The notes under the pieces are model-generated. The model was not told the DNA's origin and did no database searches. It worked only from the letters and a program-made list of their open reading frames with translations. Shown in pieces: positions 9,874 to 18,896 of a DNA stretch of 58,985 nt (the stretch's first letter is position 1; the number at the start of each line of letters is the position of its first letter). The translations under genes were made by a program, and so were the position numbers. The stretch is from Burkholderiales bacterium (GTDB lineage Bacteria; Pseudomonadota; Gammaproteobacteria; Burkholderiales; Ga0077523), in assembly GCA_044339985.1 (NCBI GenBank), contig JBIIUM010000004.1, positions 1-58,985 on the forward strand, given 5' to 3'.

Positions 9874-11025
9874 TCAGCGCCGCGGCAGCGTGCCCATGTG
9901 CTTGGCGATGATGCCCAGCATCACCTCGTCCGCGCCGCCGCCGATGGAGGCGAGCCGCCCGTCGCGCCAGGCGCGCGACAGCGGGTTGTCCCACATGAAG
10001 CCCATGCCGCCCCAGTACTGCAGGCAGGCGTCGGGAATCTCGCGCGACAGCCGGCCTGCCTTGAGCTTGGCCATGGAGGCCAGTTCGGTCACGTCCTGGC
10101 CCTGGAGATGGAGATCCACGGCGCGCCAGGTGAGCGCGCGCAGGCACTCCACCTCGGTCTTCAGTTCCGCGAGGCGGTAGTGCACCACCTGGTGGTCGAG
10201 TACGGACTTGCCGAAGATCTGGCGGTGGCGCACGTAGGCCACCGTCTCCTCGATGTTGTTGGTGAGGCTCTGGATGGCGGAGGCGGCGGCCCACAGCCGC
10301 TCCTCCTGGAACTGCATCATCTGGTAGGTGAAGCCCAGTCCCTCCTCGCCGATGCGAAAGCGCTGCGGCACGCGCACGTCGTCGAAGTGGATCTGCGCCG
10401 TGTCCGAGGCGTTCATGCCGAGCTTGCGCAGCTTGCGGGCCACGCTCACGCCCGGGGTCTTCATGGGCACGCAGATGAGCGTCTTGGTCCTGTGGGGCGC
10501 ACCCTCGGAAGTGTTGGCAAGCAGGCACATCCAGTCGGCCTGGGTGCCGTTGGTGGTCCACATCTTTCCACCGTTGATCACGTAGTCGCCGCCGTCCTTG
10601 CGGGCCGTGGTGCGGATGGAGGCCACGTCCGAGCCCGCGCCCACCTCGGAGACCCCGAGGCAGGCCACGTACTCGCCGCTGATGGAGGGGGCGAGGAACT
10701 GGCTGCGCACCTCGTCGGAGCCGAAGCGCGCCAGCGCCGGCGTGGCCATGTCGGTCTGTACGCCGATGGCCATGGGGATGGCGCCGCAGCGGATGTGGCC
10801 GAGGGTTTCGGCCATGAGCGCGGCGTAGGAGTAGTCGAGCCCCATGCCGCCATAGGCTTCCGGCTTGGTGAGGCCGAGGAAGCCCAGCGCACCCATCTTG
10901 CGGAACAGCTCGTGGGCCGGGAAGACCTGCGCTTCCTCCCACTCGTCCACAAAGGGGTTGATCTCGTTGTCGATGAAGCGGCGCAGGTTGCGCCGGATCT
11001 CCTCGTGCTCCTGAGTGAGCTGCAT
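9874..11025 (-). CDS. atuD: Citronellyl-CoA dehydrogenase (acyl-CoA dehydrogenase)
   Basis: MQLTQEHEEIRR...PMAIGVQTDMATPALARFGS...CLGVSEVGAGSDVA...GGKMWTTNGTQADW...IGGGADEVM; AtuD-type subfamily plus gene context. Confidence 0.88.
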   Translation of the reverse strand: MQLTQEHEEIRRNLRRFIDNEINPFVDEWEEAQVFPAHELFRKMGALGFLGLTKPEAYGGMGLDYSYAALMAETLGHIRCGAIPMAIGVQTDMATPALARFGSDEVRSQFLAPSISGEYVACLGVSEVGAGSDVASIRTTARKDGGDYVINGGKMWTTNGTQADWMCLLANTSEGAPHRTKTLICVPMKTPGVSVARKLRKLGMNASDTAQIHFDDVRVPQRFRIGEEGLGFTYQMMQFQEERLWAAASAIQSLTNNIEETVAYVRHRQIFGKSVLDHQVVHYRLAELKTEVECLRALTWRAVDLHLQGQDVTELASMAKLKAGRLSREIPDACLQYWGGMGFMWDNPLSRAWRDGRLASIGGGADEVMLGIIAKHMGTLPRR

Positions 11026-11058
11026 GGTCGTCTCCCGGATGTGGTGGAAGGCGCTGGG

Positions 11059-12690
11059 CTACATCCGCCCGACGCCGAAACTCACCGGCCGCACCGGCCG
11101 CTGGGCGGCCTCCAGGCACACCGACAGCGCCAGGGCCACCACCGCGCGGGTGTCGCGCGGGTCGATCACGCCGTCGTCGAGCAGCAGGCCGGAGGTATGG
11201 AAGGCCGACTGCTGGCTCTCGAAGCGCGTCACGATGCGGGCGCGCAGCGCCGCAGCAGCCTCTGGCGGCACCGTGGCGCCGCGGCGCCGCGCGCCTTCCT
11301 CCATGACGATGGCCATGGTGGTGGCGGCCTGCTCGGCGCCCATGACGGCGGTGCGGGCGTTGGGCCAGGAGAACACGAAGCGCGGGCCGAAAGCGCGGCC
11401 GCACATGCCGTAGTTGCCCGCGCCGAAGCTCGCGCCGCACATGACCGTGATCTGCGGCACCGTGGCATTGGACACCGCCTGGATCATCTTCGAGCCGATC
11501 TTGATCATGCCCTCGCGCTCGGACTGGGTGCCCACCATGTAGCCGGTGGTGTTCTGCAGGTAGAGCAGCGCGATGCCGGCCTGGCAGCAGTGCTGGATGA
11601 AGTGGGTTGCCTTGGCGGCGCCAGCCGGGTCGAGCGGGCCGTTGTTGGTGATCAGCCCGACCGCCATGCCGCACAGCCGGGCGTGGCCGCAAACCGTCTG
11701 CGGGCCGTATCCGGCCTTGAACTCGAGGAACTCCGAACCGTCCACCAACCGTGCGATCACCTCGCGCATGTCCACGGGCTTGCGGCCGTCGGCGGGCATG
11801 ACGCCCAGCAGTTCGTCGGCCGGATGCAGCGGCGGATCACCCTCCGGCAGCGGCAGGTTGTGGCTGCCCCACGGCAGCGCCGCCAGCAGATCGCGGGCGA
11901 TGCGGATGGCATCGGCGTCGTCCTCCGCCAGGTACTCGGCGGTGCCCGAGACGGTGGCGTGCATGAGCGCGCCGCCCAGGTCCTCGTCGGTGGCGACCTC
12001 GCCGGTGGCGGCCTGGAGCAGCGGCGGACCGGCCAGGAAGGCGCGCGCCCGGTCGCGCACCATCACCACCACGTCCGAGAGGCCGGTCATGTAGGCGCCG
12101 CCGGCGGTGGAGGAGCCGTGCACCACGCCGATCACGGGGATGCCGGCGGCCGACAGGCGCGCCAGGTTGTGGAAGCCGCGGCCGCCGAGCACGAAGTGCT
12201 CCACCCGGTACTCGAGCAGGTTCGCGCCGGCCGACTCGATCAGGTGCACGAAGGGAAGCCGGTTGGCGAGCGCGATATCCTGGGCGCGCTGGAACTTCTC
12301 GATGCCCATGGGCTGCAGCGCGCCTGCATCGATGCCTGCGTCATCCGCCACCACCAGGCAGCGTACGCCCGAGACGTATCCGATGGCCGCGATGGCGCCG
12401 CCGCCGGGAATGGTGGTGTCCGGCGTGCTGGGCACGCCGTCATCGTGGTCCTGGCACCAGCCAGCCAGCGTGGACAGTTCGAGCAGGGGCATGCCCGGGT
12501 CGAGCAGCAGCGCCAGGCGTTCGCGCGGCAGGCGCTTGCCCAGTTTCGCGAAGCGCGGTGCCACGGCGGCCGAGGCCTCGCGGGTGCGCGCCTCGGCGGC
12601 ACGCAGTTGCGCGAGCAACGATTCCATGTGGGCGCGGTTGGCGCGGAAGCCCTCGGAGCCGGGCTGCAGCGCGGTTTCGAGGACTGGCAC
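11059..12690 (-). CDS. atuC: Geranyl-CoA carboxylase carboxyltransferase subunit
   Basis: LPRERLALLLDPG, ESAGANL, VHGSSTAGGAY, FLAGPPL, GASFGAGNYGMCGR, DDGVIDPRDTR. Confidence 0.88.
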   Translation of the reverse strand: MPVLETALQPGSEGFRANRAHMESLLAQLRAAEARTREASAAVAPRFAKLGKRLPRERLALLLDPGMPLLELSTLAGWCQDHDDGVPSTPDTTIPGGGAIAAIGYVSGVRCLVVADDAGIDAGALQPMGIEKFQRAQDIALANRLPFVHLIESAGANLLEYRVEHFVLGGRGFHNLARLSAAGIPVIGVVHGSSTAGGAYMTGLSDVVVMVRDRARAFLAGPPLLQAATGEVATDEDLGGALMHATVSGTAEYLAEDDADAIRIARDLLAALPWGSHNLPLPEGDPPLHPADELLGVMPADGRKPVDMREVIARLVDGSEFLEFKAGYGPQTVCGHARLCGMAVGLITNNGPLDPAGAAKATHFIQHCCQAGIALLYLQNTTGYMVGTQSEREGMIKIGSKMIQAVSNATVPQITVMCGASFGAGNYGMCGRAFGPRFVFSWPNARTAVMGAEQAATTMAIVMEEGARRRGATVPPEAAAALRARIVTRFESQQSAFHTSGLLLDDGVIDPRDTRAVVALALSVCLEAAQRPVRPVSFGVGRM

Positions 12691-12691
12691 T

Positions 12692-13555
12692 TCAGGCGTC
12701 CTTCAGCACGTCGGGCGTGCGCGCCAGGTGAAAGCCGTCGAAGGCCGCCGTGGCCCGCCCGCTGCCCACCTCGGGCCAGATCCGCTTGGCATTGGGCGCC
12801 GCGCCGTCGATGCGGATGCACGCACCGGAGATGAAGGCGGCGGCCGGAGAGAGAAGGAAGACGATGGCGGCTGACACCTCGGACTCGGTGCCCAGGCGGT
12901 GCAGCGGCACGTTGCGGTGCAGGCCGCGGATCAGCTCGCGCATGTGCGGCGGGTAGCGATCCATGCCGCTGGAGGCGATCCAGCCTGGCGCCACGGCGTT
13001 CACGCGCACGGGCGCCCATTCGAGCGCCGCGGTCTCGGTGAAGTTGAGCATGCCTGCCCGCGCCGCGCCGGAATGGCCCATGCCGGGCATGCCCAGCCAC
13101 ATATCGGCCAGCATGTTGACCATGGCGCCGCCGTGCGTGGCCATGCAGCGGTTGTAGCACTCCCGCGCCATGAGGAAGCCGCCGGTGAGGTTGCTGCGCA
13201 CCACCGCGTCCCAGCCCTTCGCCGAGATCTGCGCCAGCGGCGCGGAGAATTGCCCCCCGGCGTTATTCACCAGTGCGTCGATACGGCCGTGCAGAGCGAG
13301 GATGGTGTCGACGGTGGCGGCCACGCGAGTTTCCTCGCGGATGTCGCACACATGAAGGGAGGCGCGGCCGCCAGCCTCGGCGATCTCCTGTTGCACCGTG
13401 GCGAGCCGGGTTTCGTCGCGGCCCACCAGGGCCACGGTGGCGCCGAGGCTGGAGAGTTCGTGGGCAGTGCAGCGCCCGATGCCCGATCCGCCGCCGGTGA
13501 CGATGGCCACCTTGCTGGCGAACAGGCCTGGCTTGAAGACGGACTGGTAGCTCAA
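12692..13555 (-). CDS. atuB: Short-chain dehydrogenase, citronellol/citronellal dehydrogenase type
   Basis: TTG start at 13555 gives (M)SYQSVFKPGLFASKVAIVTGGGSGIGRCTAHEL, NNAGGQF and HSGAARAGM, characteristic of AtuB; stop lies 1 nt before the atuC start. Confidence 0.85.
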   Translation of the reverse strand: MSYQSVFKPGLFASKVAIVTGGGSGIGRCTAHELSSLGATVALVGRDETRLATVQQEIAEAGGRASLHVCDIREETRVAATVDTILALHGRIDALVNNAGGQFSAPLAQISAKGWDAVVRSNLTGGFLMARECYNRCMATHGGAMVNMLADMWLGMPGMGHSGAARAGMLNFTETAALEWAPVRVNAVAPGWIASSGMDRYPPHMRELIRGLHRNVPLHRLGTESEVSAAIVFLLSPAAAFISGACIRIDGAAPNAKRIWPEVGSGRATAAFDGFHLARTPDVLKDA

Positions 13556-13571
13556 GGTGCGCCGGGCTGGA

Positions 13572-13593
13572 TGGACTTTCACGAGCGAGTCTA
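13572..13593. promoter_or_regulatory. Imperfect inverted repeat (candidate operator) overlapping a TAGACT -10 element for atuB
   Basis: TGGACT-N10-AGTCTA in the AT-richer divergent intergenic gap. Confidence 0.3.
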
Positions 13594-13718
13594 ATTGAAT
13601 TCGCGGCACCCCCGCGGTTTCATGCCATCCGGGGCCGCGCCGGCAGGCGAGAGAAGGGGGCATGACGCGCCCCGCGGCGCCGCTACACTCCACTTCCCGC
13701 GCCTTCCGGAGATCGTCC

Positions 13719-14723
13719 GTGTCCATACCCCAGAACCGCCAGCTTCGCCTCGCCCGCATCCCGGTGGGCCTCATCGCCCCTGGCGACTTCGCCCTCGCCT
13801 CCGAACCCGTGCCCGAGCCAGGCGAGGGCCAGGTGCTGGTGCGAACCCGGTTCGTCTCCCTGGACCCCACCAACCGCATCTGGGCAAATGGCGCGCCCAG
13901 CTACCTTCCCGCCGTGAAGATCGGCGAGGTGATGCGCAGCGTGGGCGTCGGCGTGGTGGAATGCTCGCGGGCCGCCTCGCTGCCCGAGGGAACCCTCGTG
14001 GAGGGCATGCTCGGCTGGCAGGAATACACGCTGGCCAAGGCCGCCGAGCTGTCGCGAATCGTTCCCTACCCCGGGGTGCCGCTGGAGCGCTACCCTGGCG
14101 TGGCGCCGCACATCGTTCTGACGGCCTACTTCGGCCTCAAGGAAGTGGGCGCCGCGAAGCCGGGCGAAACGCTGGTGGTGTCGGCGGCCGCCGGCGCGGT
14201 GGGCTCCATCGCCGGACAGATGGGCAAGCTCATGGGCATGCGCGTGGTGGGCATCGCGGGCGGCGCTGAAAAGTGCGCCTGGCTGCGCCACATAGGCTTC
14301 GACGGCGTCATCGACTACAAGTCCGAGGACGTGTCCGCGGGCCTCAAGGCGCATTGCCCGAAGGGCGTTGACGTGTACTTCGACAACGTGGGCGGGAAAA
14401 TCCTCGACACGGTTCTGGCGCGCATGAACCTGTTCGGGCGCGTGGCGGTGTGCGGGCTGATCGCCAACTACAACGCCACCGAGCCCGTTCCGGGCCCCTA
14501 CAACTTCGGCGCCGTCCTGATAAAGCGCCTCACCGTGCGCGGCTTCATCGTGATGGACTACTACGGCCGCAAGGATGCGGCGCTGGCGGAGATCGTGCCC
14601 TGGGTCGGCGAGGGCCGGCTGCAGTGGAAGGTGGATGTGGTGGAGGGCCTGGAGAACATCCCGTCGGCGATCAACAGGCTGTTCGATGGTTCCAACAAGG
14701 GCAAGCTCGTGGTGAGGGTCTAG
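13719..14723 (+). CDS. NADP-dependent alkenal/double-bond reductase (CurA/YncB/PTGR-like, MDR family)
   Basis: FVSLDPTNR, LTAYFGL, VSAAAGAVGS, GIAGGAEKC, GVDVYFDNVGG, NKGKLVV. GTG start at 13719, after GGAG. Confidence 0.9.
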   Translation: MSIPQNRQLRLARIPVGLIAPGDFALASEPVPEPGEGQVLVRTRFVSLDPTNRIWANGAPSYLPAVKIGEVMRSVGVGVVECSRAASLPEGTLVEGMLGWQEYTLAKAAELSRIVPYPGVPLERYPGVAPHIVLTAYFGLKEVGAAKPGETLVVSAAAGAVGSIAGQMGKLMGMRVVGIAGGAEKCAWLRHIGFDGVIDYKSEDVSAGLKAHCPKGVDVYFDNVGGKILDTVLARMNLFGRVAVCGLIANYNATEPVPGPYNFGAVLIKRLTVRGFIVMDYYGRKDAALAEIVPWVGEGRLQWKVDVVEGLENIPSAINRLFDGSNKGKLVVRV

Positions 14724-14725
14724 GA

Positions 14726-15520
14726 ATGCAGGTGCGCGATCTGTTCTCCCTGCAGGGCCGCGTGGCCCTGGTCACCGGCGGCTCTCGCGGCATCGGCCGC
14801 ATGATCGCCGCCGGCTTCATCGCCTCCGGCGCCAAGGTCTACATCTCCGCGCGCAAGGCCGAGGCCTGTGATGCCACCGCGGCCGAGCTATCGGCGGGCG
14901 GCGGCGCCTGCATCTCGCTGCCGCAGGACATCTCCACGGTGGATGGCTGCCGGGCGCTGGCGGCCGAGATCGGCCGGCGCGAGCCGCGACTGGACATCCT
15001 GGTCAACAACGCCGGCGCAGCCTGGGCGGCGGATTTCGACGTCTTCCCCGAGCACGGCTGGGACAAGGTGATGAACCTGAACGTCAAGTCGCCGTTCTTC
15101 CTGACCCAGGCGCTGCATCCGCTGCTCCGGGCTGCCGCCAGTGACGAGCGGCCGGCCAAGGTGATAAACATCGCCTCCATCGACGGCCTGCGGCTCAATC
15201 CGCTGGAAACCTACTCCTACCACGCCTCCAAGTCGGCGCTGATCTTCCTCACCAAGCGCATGGCCGCGCGGCTGGTGCGCGACCGTATCGTCATGAGCGC
15301 CATCGCGCCGGGGCCGTTTGCCTCGGAGATGAATCGCGCAGCGCGCGACCGCGCCGAAGAAGTGGCCGGGCGCACGCCGCTCAAGCGCATCGGCCGCGAC
15401 GAGGACATGGCTGGCGCGGCCATCTACCTGGCCTCCCGGGCCGGCGATTACGTGGTGGGCGAGACCATTGCCGTGGATGGCGGCATCACCCACGCCAACG
15501 CGTACCCGGGGCCGAGCTGA
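14726..15520 (+). CDS. Short-chain dehydrogenase/reductase (RhlG-like subgroup)
   Basis: LVTGGSRGIG, LVNNAG, NIASIDG, catalytic YHASK, IAPGPF; ATG 2 nt after the previous stop. Confidence 0.9.
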   Translation: MQVRDLFSLQGRVALVTGGSRGIGRMIAAGFIASGAKVYISARKAEACDATAAELSAGGGACISLPQDISTVDGCRALAAEIGRREPRLDILVNNAGAAWAADFDVFPEHGWDKVMNLNVKSPFFLTQALHPLLRAAASDERPAKVINIASIDGLRLNPLETYSYHASKSALIFLTKRMAARLVRDRIVMSAIAPGPFASEMNRAARDRAEEVAGRTPLKRIGRDEDMAGAAIYLASRAGDYVVGETIAVDGGITHANAYPGPS

Positions 15521-15561
15521 GTTACCGGCTGCGCGAGACCCGCGGCGCCCCGGAAAAGCCG

Positions 15562-15567
15562 TAAAAT
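15562..15567 (+). promoter_or_regulatory. Sigma70 -10 element for the tRNA gene
   Basis: TAAAAT followed by a GC-rich discriminator (CGCGGCGTC) just before the tRNA. Confidence 0.5.
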
Positions 15568-15576
15568 CGCGGCGTC

Positions 15577-15650
15577 GCGGGTGTAGTTCAATGGCAGAAC
15601 GAAAGCTTCCCAAGCTTTAGACGTGGGTTCGATTCCCATCACCCGCTCCA
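15577..15650 (+). tRNA. tRNA-Gly (anticodon CCC)
   Basis: GCGGGTG acceptor stem pairs with CACCCGC; anticodon arm AAAGC-TTCCCAA-GCTTT; T arm GTGGG-TTCGATT-CCCAT; encoded CCA; 74 nt. Confidence 0.97.
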
Positions 15651-15739
15651 GTCGCAGTCTCGGGCGAGACCCTTGGCTTTGCCGGAACGGCGCCGGTTTT
15701 TGCGCAGGGCAACGGAGCACCGAAGCGAACCCCCTTCTC

Positions 15740-17824
15740 ATGGCACAGGATCGACCCCATCGAGCCAGGCATCCGGCGGCGCAGCCCCGTCTGAGCCCTG
15801 GCGCCAAGCCTGTCAGGCAGGGAAGCTTCCATGCCCTGGTGGAACTCGCGCCGGATGCAGTGTTCGTCGTCTCCGGCGAGCAGATCGCGTTTGTGAACGA
15901 GGCGGGCATCCGGTTCATGGGCGCGGCGGGCGCGGCCCAGTTGCTGGGGCGCGTGTGGGTCGATCTGATTCATGCCGATGACCGTTCGCGGTTCGTCCAT
16001 CGCGTCCAGAACCCCGGTGCGGGTGCGCTTCGAGTGGACTTGCGCTACCTGCGCCTGGATGGCGACGAGGTGTCCGGCGAACTGGTCGGGGCCCCCGTGC
16101 GCTGGAGCGGGCGGCAGGCGTTGATGCTGACGATTCGCGATTCCACCCAGAACCGCGAGGCGATGGCGTGCCTGGAGCGCATGCGCGTGGCCATGGATAC
16201 CGCGCCCGATCCCATTTTCCTGGTGGATCGCGATACCTTGCGTTACGTGGATGTGAACGAGGCGGCGTGCCAGTCGCTCGGATACACCCGAGAGGAGTTG
16301 CTGGCTCTTGAGCCCGCGCTCATCACGGAAGGGTTCGACCGGGCGGCCATGGGAGCCGCGTACGCTGCGCTGCCCGTGGGGCGCAGGGTCGTGGAAACCC
16401 GGGAGCAAAGCCTGCGTCGCCTGCGCCGCAAGGACGGTTCCCTGCTGACCGTCGAAATCCGCCGTTCGGTGGTTCGCGTGGGGGGGCGTGACCTCGTGGT
16501 GGCGGTGGCGCGCGACATCGCCGAGCAACTGCGAACCGAAGCGGCCCAGGCGCGCTTTCGCCTCGCCATGGATGTTGCCGCCGAGGCCGTGTACCTGGTG
16601 GACCCGGCCACGCTGAAGTTCGTGGATGCAAACGATACCGCCTGCCAGTTGCTGGGCTACAGCCGTGAGCAACTCCTGCAACTGGGCCCTGTCGACATCG
16701 TGGCCGATGCCTCCAACTCGGATATCGAGCAGGCGGTGCAGTTCACCATCTCCAAGGCGCCCAAACCCTGCCGTGTGGAGCGCGACCGCTGGCTGCGCCA
16801 CGCCGATGGCCACCTGATTCCCGTGGACGTCTACCGGGCTGCGCGCATCATCGACGGCGGGGCTGTGGTGATGGCCGTCGCTCGGGACGTCTCCGACCGC
16901 CGGCAGGCCGATGAGTTGTTGCGGTTGCGCACCACCGCGGTGGAGGCAAGCGACAGCGCCATCGTCGTGGTGGATGTGCGCAAGCGCTATCACCCGATCC
17001 AGTACGTGAATCGCGCCTTCGAGCGAATCACCGGTTATTCCTCGGTGGAAGTCGTGGGGCGCAACAGCGCCATCCTGCTGAGGGACGATCTCGATCAGCG
17101 CGACCTGGAAATGCTTCGCGCGGCGATGTCCTCCGGCAAGGAGGCCCGTGCCCTGCTGCGCAACTACCGCCGCGATGGACGAATGTTCTGGAGCCAGATT
17201 GCGGTGTCGCCGGTGCGCGACGCCCACGGTGTGGTAACCCACTACGTGACCACCTTCTCCGATGTGACCGAACTCATCCTGTATCGCAAGGAGCTGGAGC
17301 ACCGCGCCACCCACGACCCGCTCACCGGGCTCGCCAACCGCGAACTCCTGGACGATCGTGTAAGCGTGGCCCTCGCTTCGGCCACGCGGCACCGCCGCCT
17401 GGTTGCGCTCGCCTTCATCGATCTGGATGGTTTCAAGGGCGTCAATGATGCCTTCGGGCACGACGCCGGTGACGAGTTGCTCAGGTCGGTGGCCAGGCGG
17501 CTGTCCGGATGCGTGCGCGACGCCGACACGGTGGCGCGGCTGGGCGGCGATGAGTTCGTGCTGTTGCTCACCGACCCTGAAAGCAGGAATGATGTGCAGC
17601 AGGTCTTGCAGCGGGTGCGCGATGCCGTGGAGGAACCTCACTCGGTGGGAGGCGTGCCGGTGCGCCTGACCTGCAGCATCGGCGTTGCGCTGTTCCCGGA
17701 CGACAGCTCTGCGGCAGGCGGTGGCGACAGCATGTTGCGGCTTGCGGACCAAGCGATGTACCGCGCCAAGATGGAGGGCCGCAACCGCGTCTGTTTCACC
17801 TCGCCGGCGCCAGCCGGACAGTGA
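15740..17824 (+). CDS. Cytoplasmic diguanylate cyclase with four PAS/PAC domains
   Basis: Four PAS repeats (e.g. YVDVNEAACQSLGYTREELL, FVDANDTACQLLGYSREQLL); HDPLTGLANR, DLDGFKGVND, RDAD I-site, GGDEF. Start uncertain; ATG 15740 chosen because the track start overlaps the tRNA. Confidence 0.9.
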   Translation: MAQDRPHRARHPAAQPRLSPGAKPVRQGSFHALVELAPDAVFVVSGEQIAFVNEAGIRFMGAAGAAQLLGRVWVDLIHADDRSRFVHRVQNPGAGALRVDLRYLRLDGDEVSGELVGAPVRWSGRQALMLTIRDSTQNREAMACLERMRVAMDTAPDPIFLVDRDTLRYVDVNEAACQSLGYTREELLALEPALITEGFDRAAMGAAYAALPVGRRVVETREQSLRRLRRKDGSLLTVEIRRSVVRVGGRDLVVAVARDIAEQLRTEAAQARFRLAMDVAAEAVYLVDPATLKFVDANDTACQLLGYSREQLLQLGPVDIVADASNSDIEQAVQFTISKAPKPCRVERDRWLRHADGHLIPVDVYRAARIIDGGAVVMAVARDVSDRRQADELLRLRTTAVEASDSAIVVVDVRKRYHPIQYVNRAFERITGYSSVEVVGRNSAILLRDDLDQRDLEMLRAAMSSGKEARALLRNYRRDGRMFWSQIAVSPVRDAHGVVTHYVTTFSDVTELILYRKELEHRATHDPLTGLANRELLDDRVSVALASATRHRRLVALAFIDLDGFKGVNDAFGHDAGDELLRSVARRLSGCVRDADTVARLGGDEFVLLLTDPESRNDVQQVLQRVRDAVEEPHSVGGVPVRLTCSIGVALFPDDSSAAGGGDSMLRLADQAMYRAKMEGRNRVCFTSPAPAGQ

Positions 17825-18888
17825 GCGGCGCGGACGGGAGCTTCTCGGCGCGCCTGTCGCGCTGGCAACGCGCCCATGGCCGCCAACACCTTCCCTGGCA
17901 GGGCACGCGCGATCCCTACCGCATATGGCTGTCCGAGATCATGCTGCAGCAGACGCAGGTGGGGGCCGTCATCCCTTACTTCGAGCGGTTTCTGGCGCGC
18001 TTTCCTGATGTGACCGCGCTCGCCGCGGCCGCCGAGGACGAGGTGCTGGTTCTGTGGAGCGGGCTTGGCTACTACGCCCGGGCGCGCAATCTGCATCGTG
18101 CCGCGCGCGTGGTGATGGCACAGCATGGGGGATGTTTTCCCGCCAGTGCCGCGGCCCTGGAGAGCCTGCCCGGCGTGGGCCGGTCCACGGCAGCGGCAGT
18201 GGCAGCCTTCGCCTTTGGCGAACGGGGCGCGATTCTCGATGGCAACGTCAAGCGGGTGCTGGCGCGCCATGCAGGGGTGGAGGGGTGGCCAGGCGAGCCC
18301 GCCGTGACAGCGCGGTTGTGGGAGATCGCCGAGGCACGGCTGCCGGTTTCGGGCATTGAAGCCTACACCCAGGGCCTCATGGATCTGGGCAGCATGGTGT
18401 GTACCCGTGGCCGCCCGCGCTGCCTGCAATGCCCGGTGACGGAGGATTGTGTCGCGCACCAGGCTAATGCCGTGGAACGGCTGCCCGCCGCCCGGCCCCT
18501 CAGGGTGTTGCCGGAGCGACACACCGCGTTGCTGATCCTCGACTGTTGCGGGCAGGTGCTGCTGGAGAAACGGCCTGCCAGCGGCATCTGGGGGGGGTTG
18601 TGGAGTTTCCCGGAATTGGCGGTGGATGACGACCCGGCCACCGGCGCACGGCGGCGCTTCGGCCTGGAAGCCAGCTCTGCCGAAATCCTTGGCACGGTGG
18701 ACCATGGTTTCACGCACTTCCGCCTGCGCATGCATCCCGTCCGGTTGAAGGTGCCGGCGCAAGCGCGGTGCAGCCCCGGGGAGCCAGGCCTTTTATGGCA
18801 GCGGCCGGCGCAGGCCGCTGCGGCGGCGGTGCCGGCGCCCATCCGACGCATCCTGTTGAAACTGGACCCCGGCGGGGCCGCTGGCTGA
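17821..18888 (+). CDS. mutY: A/G-specific adenine glycosylase
   Basis: LPWQ...DPYRIWLSEIMLQQTQV, WSGLGYYARARNL, LPGVGRSTA, DGNVKRV, 4Fe-4S motif CX6CX2CX5C. Confidence 0.96.
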   Translation: MSGADGSFSARLSRWQRAHGRQHLPWQGTRDPYRIWLSEIMLQQTQVGAVIPYFERFLARFPDVTALAAAAEDEVLVLWSGLGYYARARNLHRAARVVMAQHGGCFPASAAALESLPGVGRSTAAAVAAFAFGERGAILDGNVKRVLARHAGVEGWPGEPAVTARLWEIAEARLPVSGIEAYTQGLMDLGSMVCTRGRPRCLQCPVTEDCVAHQANAVERLPAARPLRVLPERHTALLILDCCGQVLLEKRPASGIWGGLWSFPELAVDDDPATGARRRFGLEASSAEILGTVDHGFTHFRLRMHPVRLKVPAQARCSPGEPGLLWQRPAQAAAAAVPAPIRRILLKLDPGGAAG

Positions 18889-18896
18889 GGGGCTGC

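Noticed and set aside
9898-12834. Very long alternative-frame ORFs (978 aa here; also 1055..3037, 15617..17752, 28151..30052, 40742..42634, 54138..56015)
   Set aside because: They are antisense shadows of well-supported genes, expected with high GC3 codon bias, and show no recognisable motifs.
15577-15740. tRNA-Gly as an integration site for a genomic island
   Set aside because: No integrase adjacent and no duplicate of the tRNA 3' end seen in the window; flanking genes look chromosomal.
18590-18597. G8 run in mutY as a mutator switch
   Set aside because: It falls in the conserved GIWGGLW motif, is short, and the frame is intact.
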